64,000 nt of DNA from Candidatus Poribacteria bacterium (GTDB lineage Bacteria > Poribacteria > WGA-4E > WGA-3G), in the NCBI GenBank assembly GCA_965215265.1, contig OZ244048.1:3136001-3200000 (forward strand), written 5' to 3'. Shown in pieces: positions 28,379 to 39,010 of this stretch; within the stretch, counting starts at the first letter, position 1, and every line of letters begins with the position of its first letter. Under the pieces are notes generated by a model. That model did no database searches. It was not told the DNA's origin and saw nothing but the letters and a program-made list of their open reading frames with translations. The translations under genes were made by a program, and so were the position numbers.

Positions 28379-30466
28379 ATGATAAAAACAGATATGATCC
28401 AAAAGATACTCAGGGATAGTGATTACCACTTGAATCTCTTTGCACAAACTGAAATTCAAGCGGTTTGTCAGAGAAGTTTTAAGGAAACGGTGAAGGGAGA
28501 TCAGGAGGCATATTTTATTCGCTGCACTATTCGGAATAAGGTTGTGCCCTTAAAACCGGAGGAACTCATCCGCCAACTTTATGCGGTACGGCTGATTGAG
28601 AAATACGGATACCCCAGCACGCGCCTAGCATTTGAGTATTCTGTCAGTTTCGGTCGGGAAAAGAAACGTGCCGATATCGTTATTGTTGACAAGGACAGGC
28701 CGGATACGCCTTACATTATCGTTGAAGTGAAAAAGCCGAAACTGCTGGATGGAAAAGCACAACTCCGTTCTTACTGCAATGCCACCGGGGCTCCTATCGG
28801 TGTGTGGACAAATGGGCAACAAATCTCACACTACCATCGCAAAGATCCGAATTATTTTGAAGAGATTACTGATATTCCTAACGCAAACCAAACCCTCGCG
28901 GATATCCTCAGTGAACGGTTTACCTTGAAGGATTTAATTCTTAAGGACAAATTGGTTACGGAACGTAAATCTTTAAAAGACATCATCTTGGAACTGGAGG
29001 ATGAGGTCCTCGCCAATGCAGGAGTAGATGTCTTTGAAGAGGTCTTCAAACTCATCTTTGCTAAACTCTATGATGAATCACTGAGCCATCAAGACAGAAG
29101 TGTTATTGACTACTTCGTACGTCAGACACAAGGCACCGACACCGTAACATACGAGATGGATTATGAAGTTATTAAGATGGGGGCTGAAGCGGTTTCAGAT
29201 GATAACTTTAGGGTAATGGCGTTCAGGAACACAGGGCAAACCGATGCAGAATTGAAGGTGAAGATTCAACAACTTTTCGACGATGCTAAAGAACAGTGGC
29301 AGGGGGTTTTTCCAGAGGGCTCAAGGTTTCAGCTCTCCGATAGTCATTTGGCAGTCTGTGTCTCTAGCTTGCAGGATGTCAAACTATTCAACTCTAATCT
29401 GCAGATTGTAGATGAAGCATTCGAATATCTCGTCAATAAATCGGCAAAAGGTGAGAAGGGGCAATACTTTACGCCCAGACATGTGATTGACATGTGCGTC
29501 AAGATGCTCAACCCACAGCCGGGTGAATATATGATTGATACTGCTGCCGGGAGCTGTGGATTTCCAGTCCATACCCTTTTCAAGCTTATCGGACAAACTT
29601 TCACCACTGCCTCAATTCCCCAGGAAGAGAAGCAACATGTACTCAAGGTCTTTGGGATTGACTTTGACGAAAAAACGGTCCGAGTTGCCAGAACCCTCAA
29701 CTTAATTGCGGGTGATGGCGAAACCAATGTGTTACACCTCAATACATTGGACTATAAACGTTGGGACGACGAAGCCGCGAGAGAAAGTCAGTGGATAGGC
29801 ACTTACGGCAGAGGGTTTGACCGGCTCAAAGCCTTAAGAGCAGAAGGAAACGAAAACCGACGGTTTAACTTTGATATTTTGATGGCGAATCCCCCCTTCG
29901 CTGGAGACATCAAGGAGAGCCGCATCCTATACCAATATACCCTCGGCTTTAAGAAAAATGGAAAGGCGCAAACTAAAGTGGGCCGCGACATCTTGTTTAT
30001 TGAACGCAATCTGGATTTTCTCAAACCGGGGGGACGCATGGCAATTGTCTTGCCACAAGGTAGATTCAATAATACATCCGATAAGTACGTCCGTGATTTT
30101 ATCGCCGAGCACGCACGCATATTAGCAGTGGTAGGACTAGATATAAACACCTTCAAACCCCACACCGGCACAAAAACGAGTGTTCTCTTTATACAAAAGT
30201 GGAACGCTGACCCGGCCGCAGGTCCACTGTGTCCAAAAGTGGATGACTATCCGATTTTTTTCGCCGTAAGCGAGAACGGTGGGAAGGATGCCTCCGGCGA
30301 TTATGTTTACCTAAAAACTAGCGATGGACATTACAAATTGGATGAAAATGGACATCTCATTGTTGAGCATGATTTGCATAATCACGAGGGTGAACTGCCG
30401 GATGGTATTGCTGAAGCCTTCATAGAGTGGGCAAAAAATGAAAAACTATCGTTTTGGGCGGGATAA
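28379..30466 (+). CDS. Fused restriction endonuclease (HsdR_N-like PD-(D/E)xK) / N6-adenine DNA methyltransferase
   Basis: Nuclease PEELIRQ..RADIVI..IIVEVKK; MTase GQYFTPRHVI, DTAAGSCGF and MANPPFAG. Confidence 0.9.
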   Translation: MIKTDMIQKILRDSDYHLNLFAQTEIQAVCQRSFKETVKGDQEAYFIRCTIRNKVVPLKPEELIRQLYAVRLIEKYGYPSTRLAFEYSVSFGREKKRADIVIVDKDRPDTPYIIVEVKKPKLLDGKAQLRSYCNATGAPIGVWTNGQQISHYHRKDPNYFEEITDIPNANQTLADILSERFTLKDLILKDKLVTERKSLKDIILELEDEVLANAGVDVFEEVFKLIFAKLYDESLSHQDRSVIDYFVRQTQGTDTVTYEMDYEVIKMGAEAVSDDNFRVMAFRNTGQTDAELKVKIQQLFDDAKEQWQGVFPEGSRFQLSDSHLAVCVSSLQDVKLFNSNLQIVDEAFEYLVNKSAKGEKGQYFTPRHVIDMCVKMLNPQPGEYMIDTAAGSCGFPVHTLFKLIGQTFTTASIPQEEKQHVLKVFGIDFDEKTVRVARTLNLIAGDGETNVLHLNTLDYKRWDDEAARESQWIGTYGRGFDRLKALRAEGNENRRFNFDILMANPPFAGDIKESRILYQYTLGFKKNGKAQTKVGRDILFIERNLDFLKPGGRMAIVLPQGRFNNTSDKYVRDFIAEHARILAVVGLDINTFKPHTGTKTSVLFIQKWNADPAAGPLCPKVDDYPIFFAVSENGGKDASGDYVYLKTSDGHYKLDENGHLIVEHDLHNHEGELPDGIAEAFIEWAKNEKLSFWAG

Positions 30467-31906
30467 TTTGGTTATAAACGATTTACCCCCCCCCGAAAAA
30501 TTTTTTTCACATTCGTTAAAAATTACGCTGAGACGCAAGAGGCTGAACGCATTGATGCCGATTATTTCCACCCAAAATATGAGGCCATCATCATGGCTAT
30601 CAAAAACTACCCAGGTGGATGGGATACATTGGGAAATATAACTCACTTGAAAGATACAATTTTCAAACCCGTGAGTGGAACTGAGTACAAGTACATTGAA
30701 CTTGCGAATATCGGAGCGAATGGCGAAATAACTGAATGTATAATAGAGAAAGGACAAAACTTACCAAGCAGAGCGCGGCACAAGGTAAACTCTGGAGATG
30801 TTATTGTTTCATCTATAGAGGGCTCTTTGGATAGTATTGCCTTGATAACTGAAGAGTATGATGGAGCCCTTTGTTCGACAGGATTCCATGTTATCAATTC
30901 AGATGTATTAAATTCGGAAATTTTGTTCGCTTTCATGAAAAGCAGAGCCGGCCAGTTGCAACTTAAAAAAGGGTGTAGTGGAACAATCCTTACAGCCATT
31001 AACAAATCCGAATTTAAGAAAGTCGTTTTACCACTGTTTATCGCATCTAAACTCTTCAGACTCTCCATCGTGGACACCGTTAGAAATTCTATTTCGTGTC
31101 TTTCCAGATCCAAGCAGATTTACGGAGAAGCTCAAACCTTTTTCCTCTCCAATTTCTGCATTGCTAATTGGAGACCGGGACGGAAACTCACCTATGTCAA
31201 GAGTTATGCCGATACGCGGCATGCTGAACGAATGGATGCGGAGTACTTCCAGCCGAAATACGATGACATCATCAACACCATTAAAGAATACCCAGGCGGA
31301 TGGGAGACTTTGGGTAACCTAGTCACGCTAAAAAAATGTGTTGAGATAGGAAGCCGAGAGTACTTTGATGAAGGTATCCCTTTTATTCGTGTAAGCAATC
31401 TTGACCTGTTTGAAATCACGGAGGAGAAGTACATTTCCGAGGAACTGTACACAGCACTTTTGCAACATCAACCAGAACAAGGCGAGATCCTGCTCAGTAA
31501 GGACGGAACCCCGGGCATAGCTTATCATTTTCGCGAACAGCCTCCCAAAATGATTCCGGCATCCGGTATACTCCGATTGAAATGTAAAACGGATAGAATT
31601 CGAGCTGAGTATCTAGCGTTGGTCCTTAATTCAATTCTAATTCAGGAACAGGTTAACCGAGATGTCGGTGGTTCCTTAATTCCCCATTGGCGGACCAACC
31701 GGGTTGCCAGCACCCTTATTCCTTTATTGCCCGAGGAGAAACAGGTTAACCTTCAGCAAAAAGTCATCGAAGCGTTTAACCTGCGTAACCAATCCAAACA
31801 TTTGTTGCAATGTGCTAAACGGGCCGTGGAAATCGCTATTGAGCAAGATGAACAGACTGCTCTCGACTGGCTGGAACGAGAATCTCGTGCACGCCCAAAA
31901 AACTAA
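30438..31906 (+). CDS. Restriction-modification specificity (HsdS-like) subunit with two TRDs; 5' end disrupted at a C9 tract (intact ORF 30593-31906)
   Basis: Internal repeat ERIDADYFHPKY..YPGGWDTLG / ERMDAEYFQPKY..YPGGWETLG; TRD motifs STGFHVI and ILLSKDGTPG. Confidence 0.8.
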
Positions 31907-32005
31907 AAAAGGGGTGAAAATTAAAAAATGTTGACAAAACACGCGGTTTTAGCGTAAAATTTTGGACAATCGCTAACGTATTTAATACCACCAAGGAGAT
32001 TTGAC

Positions 32006-32788
32006 ATGCTAACGCAAGAACAGGTCGATTTTTACCACGAGAACGGCTATCTCAAAGTGGAGCAGCTCTTCAGCCCGGAGGAGACGAAGGAACTGGCCTC
32101 CGAAATGGTGCAGATTATCAACAATTGGGGGCAGGAAACGATCGGATGGCCCGGGCCGTGGCGGCAACGTTACCTCAAGGAAGAGGACCAGCAGACGACT
32201 AAGGCGGTCTTCATGCACAACCCACATTTCTATTCAGCTACGTGGGGCCGTGTAATTTTTCACGAAAGACTGACGGGTGGTGTTCAAGCCCTTATCGGGG
32301 ATACTATCCAGTGGCACCATACCGTACTACACGCGAAGCCGCCGGAAAAAGGCACCCCGTTCCCGATGCATCAGGATTATCCGTTCTATCCACACGATGG
32401 GCTTGACTTCGTGGATTGCCTCGTACATCTTGATGACGCGCCCTTTGAGAGCGGGGCACTGCGCGTTGTACCCGGAAGCCATAAGGAGGGACCGCGGGAA
32501 CATGTCACCGGAGAAGGGACGGCACCTCATCTACCGACGGATAAGTATCATCCGGATTTCATCGATTCCATTCCGATACCGGCGAAGGCGGGCGATGTGA
32601 TTTTTTTCAGTTACTGTCTCATCCACTGGTCAGAAGTGAATCGGACAGATCAGTGGCGGAAGGCGGTCCGCTTCGGATTCCACAAACCGGAAATGCGCCC
32701 GGTCGGACGCGACCCAAAAGAAGCTTACAACAGCATTGTCGCAGGCGGGTTTAAATCGAACCCTGAGGCTAGAGATACGCTCGCTTAG
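32006..32788 (+). CDS. Phytanoyl-CoA dioxygenase (PhyH) family Fe(II)/2-oxoglutarate oxygenase
   Basis: FYHENGYL, HQD, LRVVPGSH, AGDVIFF..LIH.S..N..R. Confidence 0.92.
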   Translation: MLTQEQVDFYHENGYLKVEQLFSPEETKELASEMVQIINNWGQETIGWPGPWRQRYLKEEDQQTTKAVFMHNPHFYSATWGRVIFHERLTGGVQALIGDTIQWHHTVLHAKPPEKGTPFPMHQDYPFYPHDGLDFVDCLVHLDDAPFESGALRVVPGSHKEGPREHVTGEGTAPHLPTDKYHPDFIDSIPIPAKAGDVIFFSYCLIHWSEVNRTDQWRKAVRFGFHKPEMRPVGRDPKEAYNSIVAGGFKSNPEARDTLA

Positions 32789-32854
32789 CACCGAACCTGA
32801 TGAGGCAGATGCTTCGCCTACAGTCATTTCCTAATGTCACCATCACAAGAAAAA

Positions 32855-32883
32855 AAGGGGCGGAAACGTACGTTCCGCCCCTT
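32855..32883. terminator. Intrinsic terminator between convergent genes
   Basis: aaggggcggaa-N7-ttccgcccctt with an adjacent A-run (U-tail on the minus strand). Confidence 0.75.
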
Positions 32884-32907
32884 GTCATATTGTTCTTGCT
32901 AAGTCTA

Positions 32908-33108
32908 TCAGCGACGTTTTATGTTGCCCCATGTCGTTGACAGTTTGCCCCCCATTGTTTCAGGCATGTAACGTTCTCCGGAGGCTCCTGTAGTGTGCCT
33001 AAAGCGGATGCCTGATGCCTCAGTGACATCCACAAATTTTACACTTGCACTTGCACGGAGACAAATACAGATGAGGATGCCTGCGAGAATAAATTTCTGA
33101 ACGTGCAC
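32908..33108 (-). pseudogene. Deletion remnant: CRTAC1/ASPIC-UnbV-like N-terminus fused directly to a TTWGxIK C-terminal tail
   Basis: Signal peptide + FVDVTEASGIRFRHTTGASGERYMPETMGG + KLSTTWGNIKRR*. Confidence 0.65.
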
Positions 33109-33139
33109 AGCCAAACTGTGTTTTTCGACGTATAAGTTA

Positions 33140-34138
33140 TCAGGTTTTGTAAAATTCAACCACTGTGCCTGCCATATCTGCAACTTTGTCTATAAGTTGA
33201 TTCCGTTCATCATCATCCATGCCGGAAAAAGTTTTGGCGAGGTCAATTTTTTCCTGCATCTGCTCGGCATTATCTGGCCCCGTAACCAAGGTGCTGACCG
33301 GCAGCGACCAGACAAACCGCATCGCTTCAGCAATGCTGACACGATCCGGCACTATTTTTGGGTTTGGTCCATGCTGTCCATGTCTGGTCCCGCCGAAGAA
33401 CCCTCCATTCGCCAATGCTTTCATACCAATTACCCCTATGTTTCGTTCAACGAGCGTGGGTACAACTCTTTCTATAAAGCTCTCGTAGCTGACATCAACA
33501 AGGTTGACTGATAATTGACAAGTATCGAAAATATCCGTTCGCTCCAGCACGCGTTCATGTGCAGCTGGGCTGGCGTGCCCAGTAAATCCAATATAGCGAG
33601 TTTTTCCGGATTCCTTTGCTTCGCGCATCACGTCAAAAACGCCATTGTCAATGCGTCCATCAACGTCAGCCGCATCCTGAACTGAGTGCACCTGCCACAG
33701 GTCCAGGTGAGTTGTATTGAGGCGGTTGAGAGATTCCTCTAGGTGTTGTCTCGCGAGTTCAGCACTTCGTGCGGTTGTTTTCGTCATGAGAAAAACATCA
33801 TCGCGATATTTCGGTACGAGCAGTTTTCCTAATCGACTTTCGCTCCGTTCATTATTTTCCCGGTAAGATTCGGCGCTATCAAAGAAGCGCACGCCGCCTT
33901 CAAGAGCGGTTTCAATGGTTTTCTGGGCTTCTGTTTCGCTCATTTTTACGATATGCCATCCACCCACACCGAGCATTGTCACTGCTTCCCCGGTCCGCCC
34001 AAGCCTCCGAGTTGGCAGGAGGGGCCCTAACCGGTCGCTGGTGCTGCCTTCTTCGCCGGCTTCTGCACAGGCGGACGATAGAAGCAACCCGGTCGTTAAA
34101 CCAGCCATCGATTTTAGAAATTCACGTCGATCTATCAT
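33140..34138 (-). CDS. Aldo/keto reductase with a Tat signal
   Basis: DRREFLK; RRLGRTG, FFDSAESY, LMTK, LDLWQVH, IGFTGH and GMKAL. Confidence 0.92.
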   Translation of the reverse strand: MIDRREFLKSMAGLTTGLLLSSACAEAGEEGSTSDRLGPLLPTRRLGRTGEAVTMLGVGGWHIVKMSETEAQKTIETALEGGVRFFDSAESYRENNERSESRLGKLLVPKYRDDVFLMTKTTARSAELARQHLEESLNRLNTTHLDLWQVHSVQDAADVDGRIDNGVFDVMREAKESGKTRYIGFTGHASPAAHERVLERTDIFDTCQLSVNLVDVSYESFIERVVPTLVERNIGVIGMKALANGGFFGGTRHGQHGPNPKIVPDRVSIAEAMRFVWSLPVSTLVTGPDNAEQMQEKIDLAKTFSGMDDDERNQLIDKVADMAGTVVEFYKT

Positions 34139-34383
34139 GGTTTATACCTCCTAATTTTCTTTTTATCTTATCGTATTTCTAAATTTTTGTCAAGAAAAAA
34201 TAGAGGGAGCGGATGTTCCACGCGCAACCGATAATCTGCTATCTCAACGCATCTTTTACAATCCTGCAAATCGGCCTCACAATCTTAACATAAATTTTTG
34301 CTTGACCTAAAAGGTTGTTTGATATAAAATAATTTTGCATATCGGGCAAACGTACCAAAATCTTATAAAAGCGACATGTTTAT

Positions 34384-35127
34384 ATGATGGAAAACAGAAC
34401 ACGCCAACCCATCCCTGAGAAACTCGTTGTTCTCACTTTTGATGATGGCTGCAAATCGCAAGCAACCTTCGTTGCACCGCTCTTAATGCACTACGGTTTC
34501 GGTGCAACCTTTTATATTACCGAAGGACTCGGTTTCCTCAACAATAAAGAGGCATACATGACCTGGGAAGAGGTGCGCGGGTTACACGAGGCGGGTTTTG
34601 AAATTGGGAATCACACGCGTCACCATCGCAACGTCACGCAGCAGACTGCCGAGGAACTTGAAGCTGATTTGCACCATATTGACGTGCGTTGTGAGGAATA
34701 TGGTATTTCGTGTCCGACAACCTTCTGTTATCCCGGCTATAGTCACGGTGAAGCGGCTGTCGAGGTGATTGCTTCACACGGTTTCCATTTTGCCCGGCGC
34801 GGTGTCTCTCCTGAATTTCCTTATAATGGGGAAGGGGGGCGCGGTCCTGCCTATAATCCGACACGGCACCATCCACTCCTCATCCCGACTACTGGTGCTT
34901 CAGGCCCCAATTGGAATTTTGACGATTTCACCTGGGCGCTTTCGCAGGCAACAGCTGGAAATATTCCAATTCTGACCTTCCATGGTGTCCCTGATCTGGA
35001 GCATCCCTGGGTTCACACAGAGCCTGAGACGTTTGAAACCTATATGGCATATCTGGCCGATAAAGGCTATACTGCAATTGCTCTCCGAGACCTCAGCCCC
35101 TATATTCTCCCCTATCATCCGTCTTAG
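34384..35127 (+). CDS. Polysaccharide deacetylase (CE4/NodB family)
   Basis: Motifs VLTFDDG, EIGNHTRHH, FCYPG and LTFHGV. Confidence 0.9.
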   Translation: MMENRTRQPIPEKLVVLTFDDGCKSQATFVAPLLMHYGFGATFYITEGLGFLNNKEAYMTWEEVRGLHEAGFEIGNHTRHHRNVTQQTAEELEADLHHIDVRCEEYGISCPTTFCYPGYSHGEAAVEVIASHGFHFARRGVSPEFPYNGEGGRGPAYNPTRHHPLLIPTTGASGPNWNFDDFTWALSQATAGNIPILTFHGVPDLEHPWVHTEPETFETYMAYLADKGYTAIALRDLSPYILPYHPS

Positions 35128-35748
35128 TAGTCCGCAACGCCTTGTGGTTATACGTGTTTTTTTTATAGTGCTGCCGACCTCATCGCGTGCAAGTAATAGA
35201 CTGCAGATGCGCCGATGTATCCGTGAGGGGCTTCGCACATAGTTTTTGATACAAATTTGTCTAATTTTTTTAATAGAAAAAATATAATTCTGCAAAATAT
35301 ACAGATTATAATTTCATAGAATAGGGAAAAGCGCCTGTTTTTCCCTATGCACCTCGGATTTACGCGAGAAGTTCCGCTATGAAAATCGTAATTATACAGT
35401 AGATTTTTAAGGACTTGGTCATTGTGCTCTACGAGGTTTCTGCCCTCGACTCCCGAGGTAGTTTTTTTTGGTCATCGATTTCTCGTGAAAATATGTTGAT
35501 GCAAATAGTTAAAAAGTGCTATAATATCTTTAATGGAAAAATTGTCCTTGAGAATTGCCTTCCAACGATCGAATGGGGCACCTCTCCTTTTAGGACATTT
35601 CCGCGGTTAAGCCAATATTTTTGGCGAATGGATGTATGTCTAAACACAAAGTGCAGAATCGAGAAATGAATCGGCTTTGTCGTTTTAGTGAAAACCTATC
35701 ATTCTTTGTAAATTTTTACTTTCAAATTTAGAAGAAGGAGCCTTAGAA

Positions 35749-36591
35749 ATGCTTAAATTTCAGATAGTCCTAGTTACTATTCTAGTCGGTTGTATCGCTT
35801 TCGTATCGTGTGAGCGGACACAGAAAATGTTAGCCCCGATGGGCGATGATATGATGATGGGCGATGATGGCACAATGAATGTTGTGGATACGGTGAGTCA
35901 CAAGACGTGGCAGAGTGTCGCCCTTCCGGCACCAGGGCCACAAGATCAAGCGATGAGTGCAGCAGGAACCGGTGCAGTTCACGGTCTGGGTACCCGCACT
36001 GTCTATTTCAACGAGATTAGTGTCTCGGCAAATGCAACGGGGACAGCGTATCCGGTTGGAAGTATAATCGTTAAGGAGATAATGGATGATACGAACATGT
36101 TTGTGGCAAAAATCGCGACGATGACGAAGAGCGCGGATCCGATGTACGCTGCCCACAACGGCTGGATGTATGCGAAATATGCGCGTGCGTCAGAGACAGC
36201 GGATTACGCGCCGGTCGGTGGCGATGTTGCCGAACGTGGTAGTGCAGGGTGCCACGGCTGCCATGCTAAAGCCACAAATGACAGTGTTTTCGTCTCTCTT
36301 GCCACAGCGGATGCTGACATGGATGCCGACATGACTGGCATGGATACTGGCATGGATACTGGCATGGATACTGATGTGGATACTGATGTGGATACTGGCA
36401 TGGATGCTGATGTGGATACTGGCATGGATGCTGATATGGATACTGACATGGATGCTGATATGGACGCTGATATGGATACTGACATGGATGCTGACATGGA
36501 TGCTGACATGGATGCTGATATGGATACCGCAGCGGACGAGAGCGAGGCAGAGCCTACCGTTACCGAGGCTGAAGAGGTTATCCAGAATTGA
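35749..36591 (+). CDS. Lipoprotein with a cytochrome P460-like monoheme domain and an Asp/Met-rich repeat tail
   Basis: Lipobox FVSC; YPVGSIIVKE, GWMYAKY and C-terminal CHGCH..NDSVF. Confidence 0.7.
   Translation: MLKFQIVLVTILVGCIAFVSCERTQKMLAPMGDDMMMGDDGTMNVVDTVSHKTWQSVALPAPGPQDQAMSAAGTGAVHGLGTRTVYFNEISVSANATGTAYPVGSIIVKEIMDDTNMFVAKIATMTKSADPMYAAHNGWMYAKYARASETADYAPVGGDVAERGSAGCHGCHAKATNDSVFVSLATADADMDADMTGMDTGMDTGMDTDVDTDVDTGMDADVDTGMDADMDTDMDADMDADMDTDMDADMDADMDADMDTAADESEAEPTVTEAEEVIQN
36310..36528 (+). repeat. Degenerate 12-bp coding tandem repeat (gatgctgacatg / gatactggcatg) encoding D-A/T-D/G-M/V
   Basis: About 18 units visible directly in the sequence. Confidence 0.9.
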
Positions 36592-36853
36592 CACGGAGGA
36601 TGTCTCCGAAATTCTCGACTTCCATTTTGATGAGTTAATTGGGGAGTAGGTTCTTGACCTCTCCCCATATCAAAACCGCGGGACGTTAGTTTGAAATAGA
36701 CAGTGGATCTCCGTGCAGCTGATGCGTACCTTGTGATTTAAGGTAGAGAGCGTTTTGAATTTGACATTAATTTGTAATCACTTGAGAAGGTGTAAGACGG
36801 ACTGACGGATGATACTCCGTTTAATATATTTGAATCGCATATAGGAGTCAACA

Positions 36854-37081
36854 ATGGGTCCTATATTCATTGTTGTTGCTATCAACATAAAGAGAGGATG
36901 GCTAAGAACCATCTGTTTCCTGATACCTATTATTGGATCTGTCGCCGGTGTAGTCGGAGCGGGTGAAATGGTTTTTGTAGCCCTGCTTTACCAAGCCATT
37001 GGATGGATAGTATGGATCGCTGTTGGATATGCTATCCGTTTCGGCATTCGATATGTTAAGCAACGGCTCGAAAAACAGTAA
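36854..37081 (+). CDS. Small hypothetical membrane protein
   Basis: AGGAG RBS and two hydrophobic segments. Confidence 0.5.
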   Translation: MGPIFIVVAINIKRGWLRTICFLIPIIGSVAGVVGAGEMVFVALLYQAIGWIVWIAVGYAIRFGIRYVKQRLEKQ

Positions 37082-37410
37082 TTCTCACTAACTGCGAGGG
37101 GAGACTTCCACTTTCCCTTCTAACCTCTATACTGATCTAAACGAATGCAAGCGAGTCACCATTGTCGAAAAAATTGACAGTTTTCGCCTTGCGTTAGATA
37201 TAAATGCGAATCACACAGCAGATAAGCATGTAGTTATCGAAAGATATAACACAGAAAAAGAAGCTATTGCTGCTTTTGAGAGTATCTCGAAATTATTAGG
37301 CTCGCTGTACCTGACAGAGATAAACCCACCTGTTAGATCGTCTTCCGGTTTACCATTTGGATTTGAGCGTCATAGTGAACCCTTTCGGTGAAAGACCTCC
37401 GGGCATTTGA

Positions 37411-38820
37411 CTAATAGGGTGTTCCGCGTGTTGTCAACGAGCACCAGCGCGATGAAAACAGGTGGTTGAAGAGCACGTCTTGTGCATCCGGTGTCTTAAT
37501 CTCCATTAACGCCAATGCCGCGTGAAAACGGACATATCGGTTTTCATCCTCCAGTGTCGCAATAAGCGTAGGTATCGCTGGTTCCGCGAGTGTGCCCAAT
37601 TTCGCTAAAGCGCGTGCAGCGTTATCGCGCACCCAATGGTAGTCATCATTCAAGCCATCTATCAGGACTTGTACCGCTTCTGCTAAATCAATCTCTTCAT
37701 CGACTTGTTGCCCGATAAGGCCTAATCCCTCTATTGCGTGTCGCCGGACCCATTCAGATTTATCTTGTGCTGCCCGCGTCAAAGTCGGTATTGCCGTCTG
37801 CGCAGTTTTTCCCATATCCGCCAAGGCATACGCCGCCGTAGCCCTAACCGAATCTGATGAGGTATCAAGTGCATCGATTAAAGTCGGTACAGCAGGTTCT
37901 CCTGCAATGCTTAAGGCGTAACCTGCGTAGTTTCGGATAGTATCAGAGCTGCCATGCAATGCCTGTTTCAGCATAGGAATGGTAGGTTTTCCACTCTTCC
38001 CGAGACAATAGGCAGCGTTCAACCGTGCCCTTTCATCATCGTCTTGCAAAGTTTCAAGCAGTGTGTTAACTTCAGTATCTGACACGCTGCCGGTGGCTCG
38101 ATGCTGTTTTCCGTGAAACCAATCCCATATTGATTCCCACATTATGGGGTGTCTTGCTGCATCTGCTCCGTTGCTAAGGGCTTCCCATTCAGCCATCTCG
38201 CTGTTCCATGACGGTGTTTTAGGTTCGTCTAAGCGAGAAAAGAGAAACTTCAACATATACCGTTTTTTGTCGCTCCGATTTGGCATCGCCCTGTGCCAGA
38301 GATCGTAGTGGACAATGGTTACCGTGCCGGCTTCCCCACAGAGTGCCAATTCTGGCTGTTTATGTGCGCTCTCGCCGGTGTCGTAATATTGGGAACCCGG
38401 TAACACAGCGGTGGGTCCCATATCTTCGGTAACATGTTGTGGATAATAAAACGCCATTGTCCAGCGGCATCGGTGCCTCCGAATCTGCTCATCGCCTTCG
38501 TAGGTATCCTTATGAAAATTCTGTCCTTCGCTGCCTTGCTGATTGTAATGGCAGTAACGGTGGGGGTGCATCACATAGTTTTCACCCAGTACTCCTTGCA
38601 TCGCGCCGTGGACCACCGGATGATCGAAGACATCCTGGATTTCCGGTATAAGTGGCAGTACATTATTGCCCAAGTTGCCTGTCTGCTCAAACATCTCATC
38701 CAGCTGCTGGTAAATTTTCTGGTGAAAACTTAGCGGAAAGTCTGTTTTCACCTTAACGTACCCATTGATGATGAAATCCCGCATCTCTCCATCTGTCAGT
38801 TTCAGTGTGTCAGTATTCAT
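37411..38820 (-). CDS. PhyH-family dioxygenase fused to HEAT/PBS-lyase repeats
   Basis: FIINGY, FHKD, VLPGS and HYDLWH; C-terminal repeats VR..AA.AL..G. Confidence 0.88.
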   Translation of the reverse strand: MNTDTLKLTDGEMRDFIINGYVKVKTDFPLSFHQKIYQQLDEMFEQTGNLGNNVLPLIPEIQDVFDHPVVHGAMQGVLGENYVMHPHRYCHYNQQGSEGQNFHKDTYEGDEQIRRHRCRWTMAFYYPQHVTEDMGPTAVLPGSQYYDTGESAHKQPELALCGEAGTVTIVHYDLWHRAMPNRSDKKRYMLKFLFSRLDEPKTPSWNSEMAEWEALSNGADAARHPIMWESIWDWFHGKQHRATGSVSDTEVNTLLETLQDDDERARLNAAYCLGKSGKPTIPMLKQALHGSSDTIRNYAGYALSIAGEPAVPTLIDALDTSSDSVRATAAYALADMGKTAQTAIPTLTRAAQDKSEWVRRHAIEGLGLIGQQVDEEIDLAEAVQVLIDGLNDDYHWVRDNAARALAKLGTLAEPAIPTLIATLEDENRYVRFHAALALMEIKTPDAQDVLFNHLFSSRWCSLTTRGTPY

Positions 38821-39010
38821 ATTGTGCGGCCTCCTTCTATTTCATGGTGAAAGTATAGCAGCAAAGAAATAGGAAGTCAAGTTGTAAAACAAGGCTTCAT
38901 ATCCCGGAGCAGAATGGCCCCATTAAAACTGCCACTTACCAACAACGTACTGTCCGGGGAAAGGGTGGCCTCTTGAAGAACGGTTGCAATATACCTGAAG
39001 CTGCCTAGCA

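Noticed and set aside
36310-36528. CRISPR array
   Set aside because: The units are contiguous 12-bp coding repeats with no unique spacers, and there are no cas genes.
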